64,000 nt of DNA from Octopus sinensis (lineage: Eukaryota). The position numbers were made by a program, and so were the translations under genes. The stretch is from NCBI RefSeq assembly GCF_006345805.1, contig NC_042998.1:40796001-40860000 (forward strand), in the 5' to 3' direction. A model generated the notes under the pieces. It worked only from the letters and a program-made list of their open reading frames with translations, did not search any database and was not told the origin of the DNA. Shown one piece after another: positions 63,255-64,000 of the stretch; position 1 is the first letter of the stretch, and each line of letters begins with the position of its first letter.

Positions 63255-64000
63255 TTCATTAGTTCTTTCTACTAGTTTATGCAGTATTTTTATTAATATT
63301 CTTTTTGTCATTAATCTACTACAAAAGCAAATTTTTATGCTGTTTCATTTCCATTCAGCTATCGGATATGCTTCCTTTTAAATATATTTTCTGTGCTTCT
63401 ATTCTCTTCTAACATGTACAATAACTTGCAGGAATTTATAAGTACTTTTGTCATTTTGTTGATTTTTCTTATCTTAAATATATTCATTTTGTTTTAGCTT
63501 CTTAAGTACAGTAGAATTTCTTTGTCGTGTGTGTATGTTTATACAACATTGCTGACATATAAGCAGTATTATTTGCCATCTTCCATGAAAATGTGCAGCC
63601 ATAGTGTTGGTCAAGTTCAAAGTGACTAGGGGAAATAGCTGCTTGAAAATGGGTGAGACTTGCTGACAGAAAGGTCATCTGCCAGCAAATGTTAATATGA
63701 TGATGGTATACACACACTGGTCAAAATAAGACTGATGATGACAGTTCCTTCATTAATTTATTTTTAACAAAACTGTATAAAATTATTTTATTTTTTACTG
63801 TTTATGTAGATATTTTTTCTCTTTTGAATGATATAGGCTTTATATATCTTTCTACAATTTGAATAATTCCATGCGTAATTAATTCAAATAATTAAAAATT
63901 TTTTGTAAAATAAGTTTAAGACTACACCAACATTATTTTAATACAGTTCTACATTTAAGAGATAAGGAATTATCTACATTATTTACATTTGACAGATATT

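Overview
AT-rich, microsatellite-rich animal genomic DNA. The repeat content (tRNA-headed SINEs, RTE fragments with (TGA)n tails, CR1, Tx1, Penelope, Helitron, mariner/pogo) resembles an octopod cephalopod genome; this is an inference. Most ORF-track entries are translations of microsatellites or transposon debris. The main host-gene signal is on the + strand: a spliced exon (41279-41488) encodes MEKSMTETFPEEDEEFGQKIKSRA and ends in phase 1. It resembles the dystrophin/utrophin N-terminus just before the (D)ERED/EHND-VQKKTF exon. Two more short ATG-initiated phase-1 exons (MKVTVK at 22685, MADEEEE at 58418) are candidate alternative first exons. The shared downstream exon is not in the window, so the assignment is unconfirmed. 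The clearest mobile element is a 5'-truncated, frameshifted Tx1-type LINE (14057-18283, -) with a perfect 16-bp TSD; it appears to sit in a minus-strand exon. Also present: an LTR/PBS remnant with a recent inverted duplication, two complementary Helitron deletion derivatives, several MITEs and fold-back elements, and several stem-loops. No rRNA, bona fide tRNA or CRISPR was found. Coordinates of degenerate repeats are approximate.
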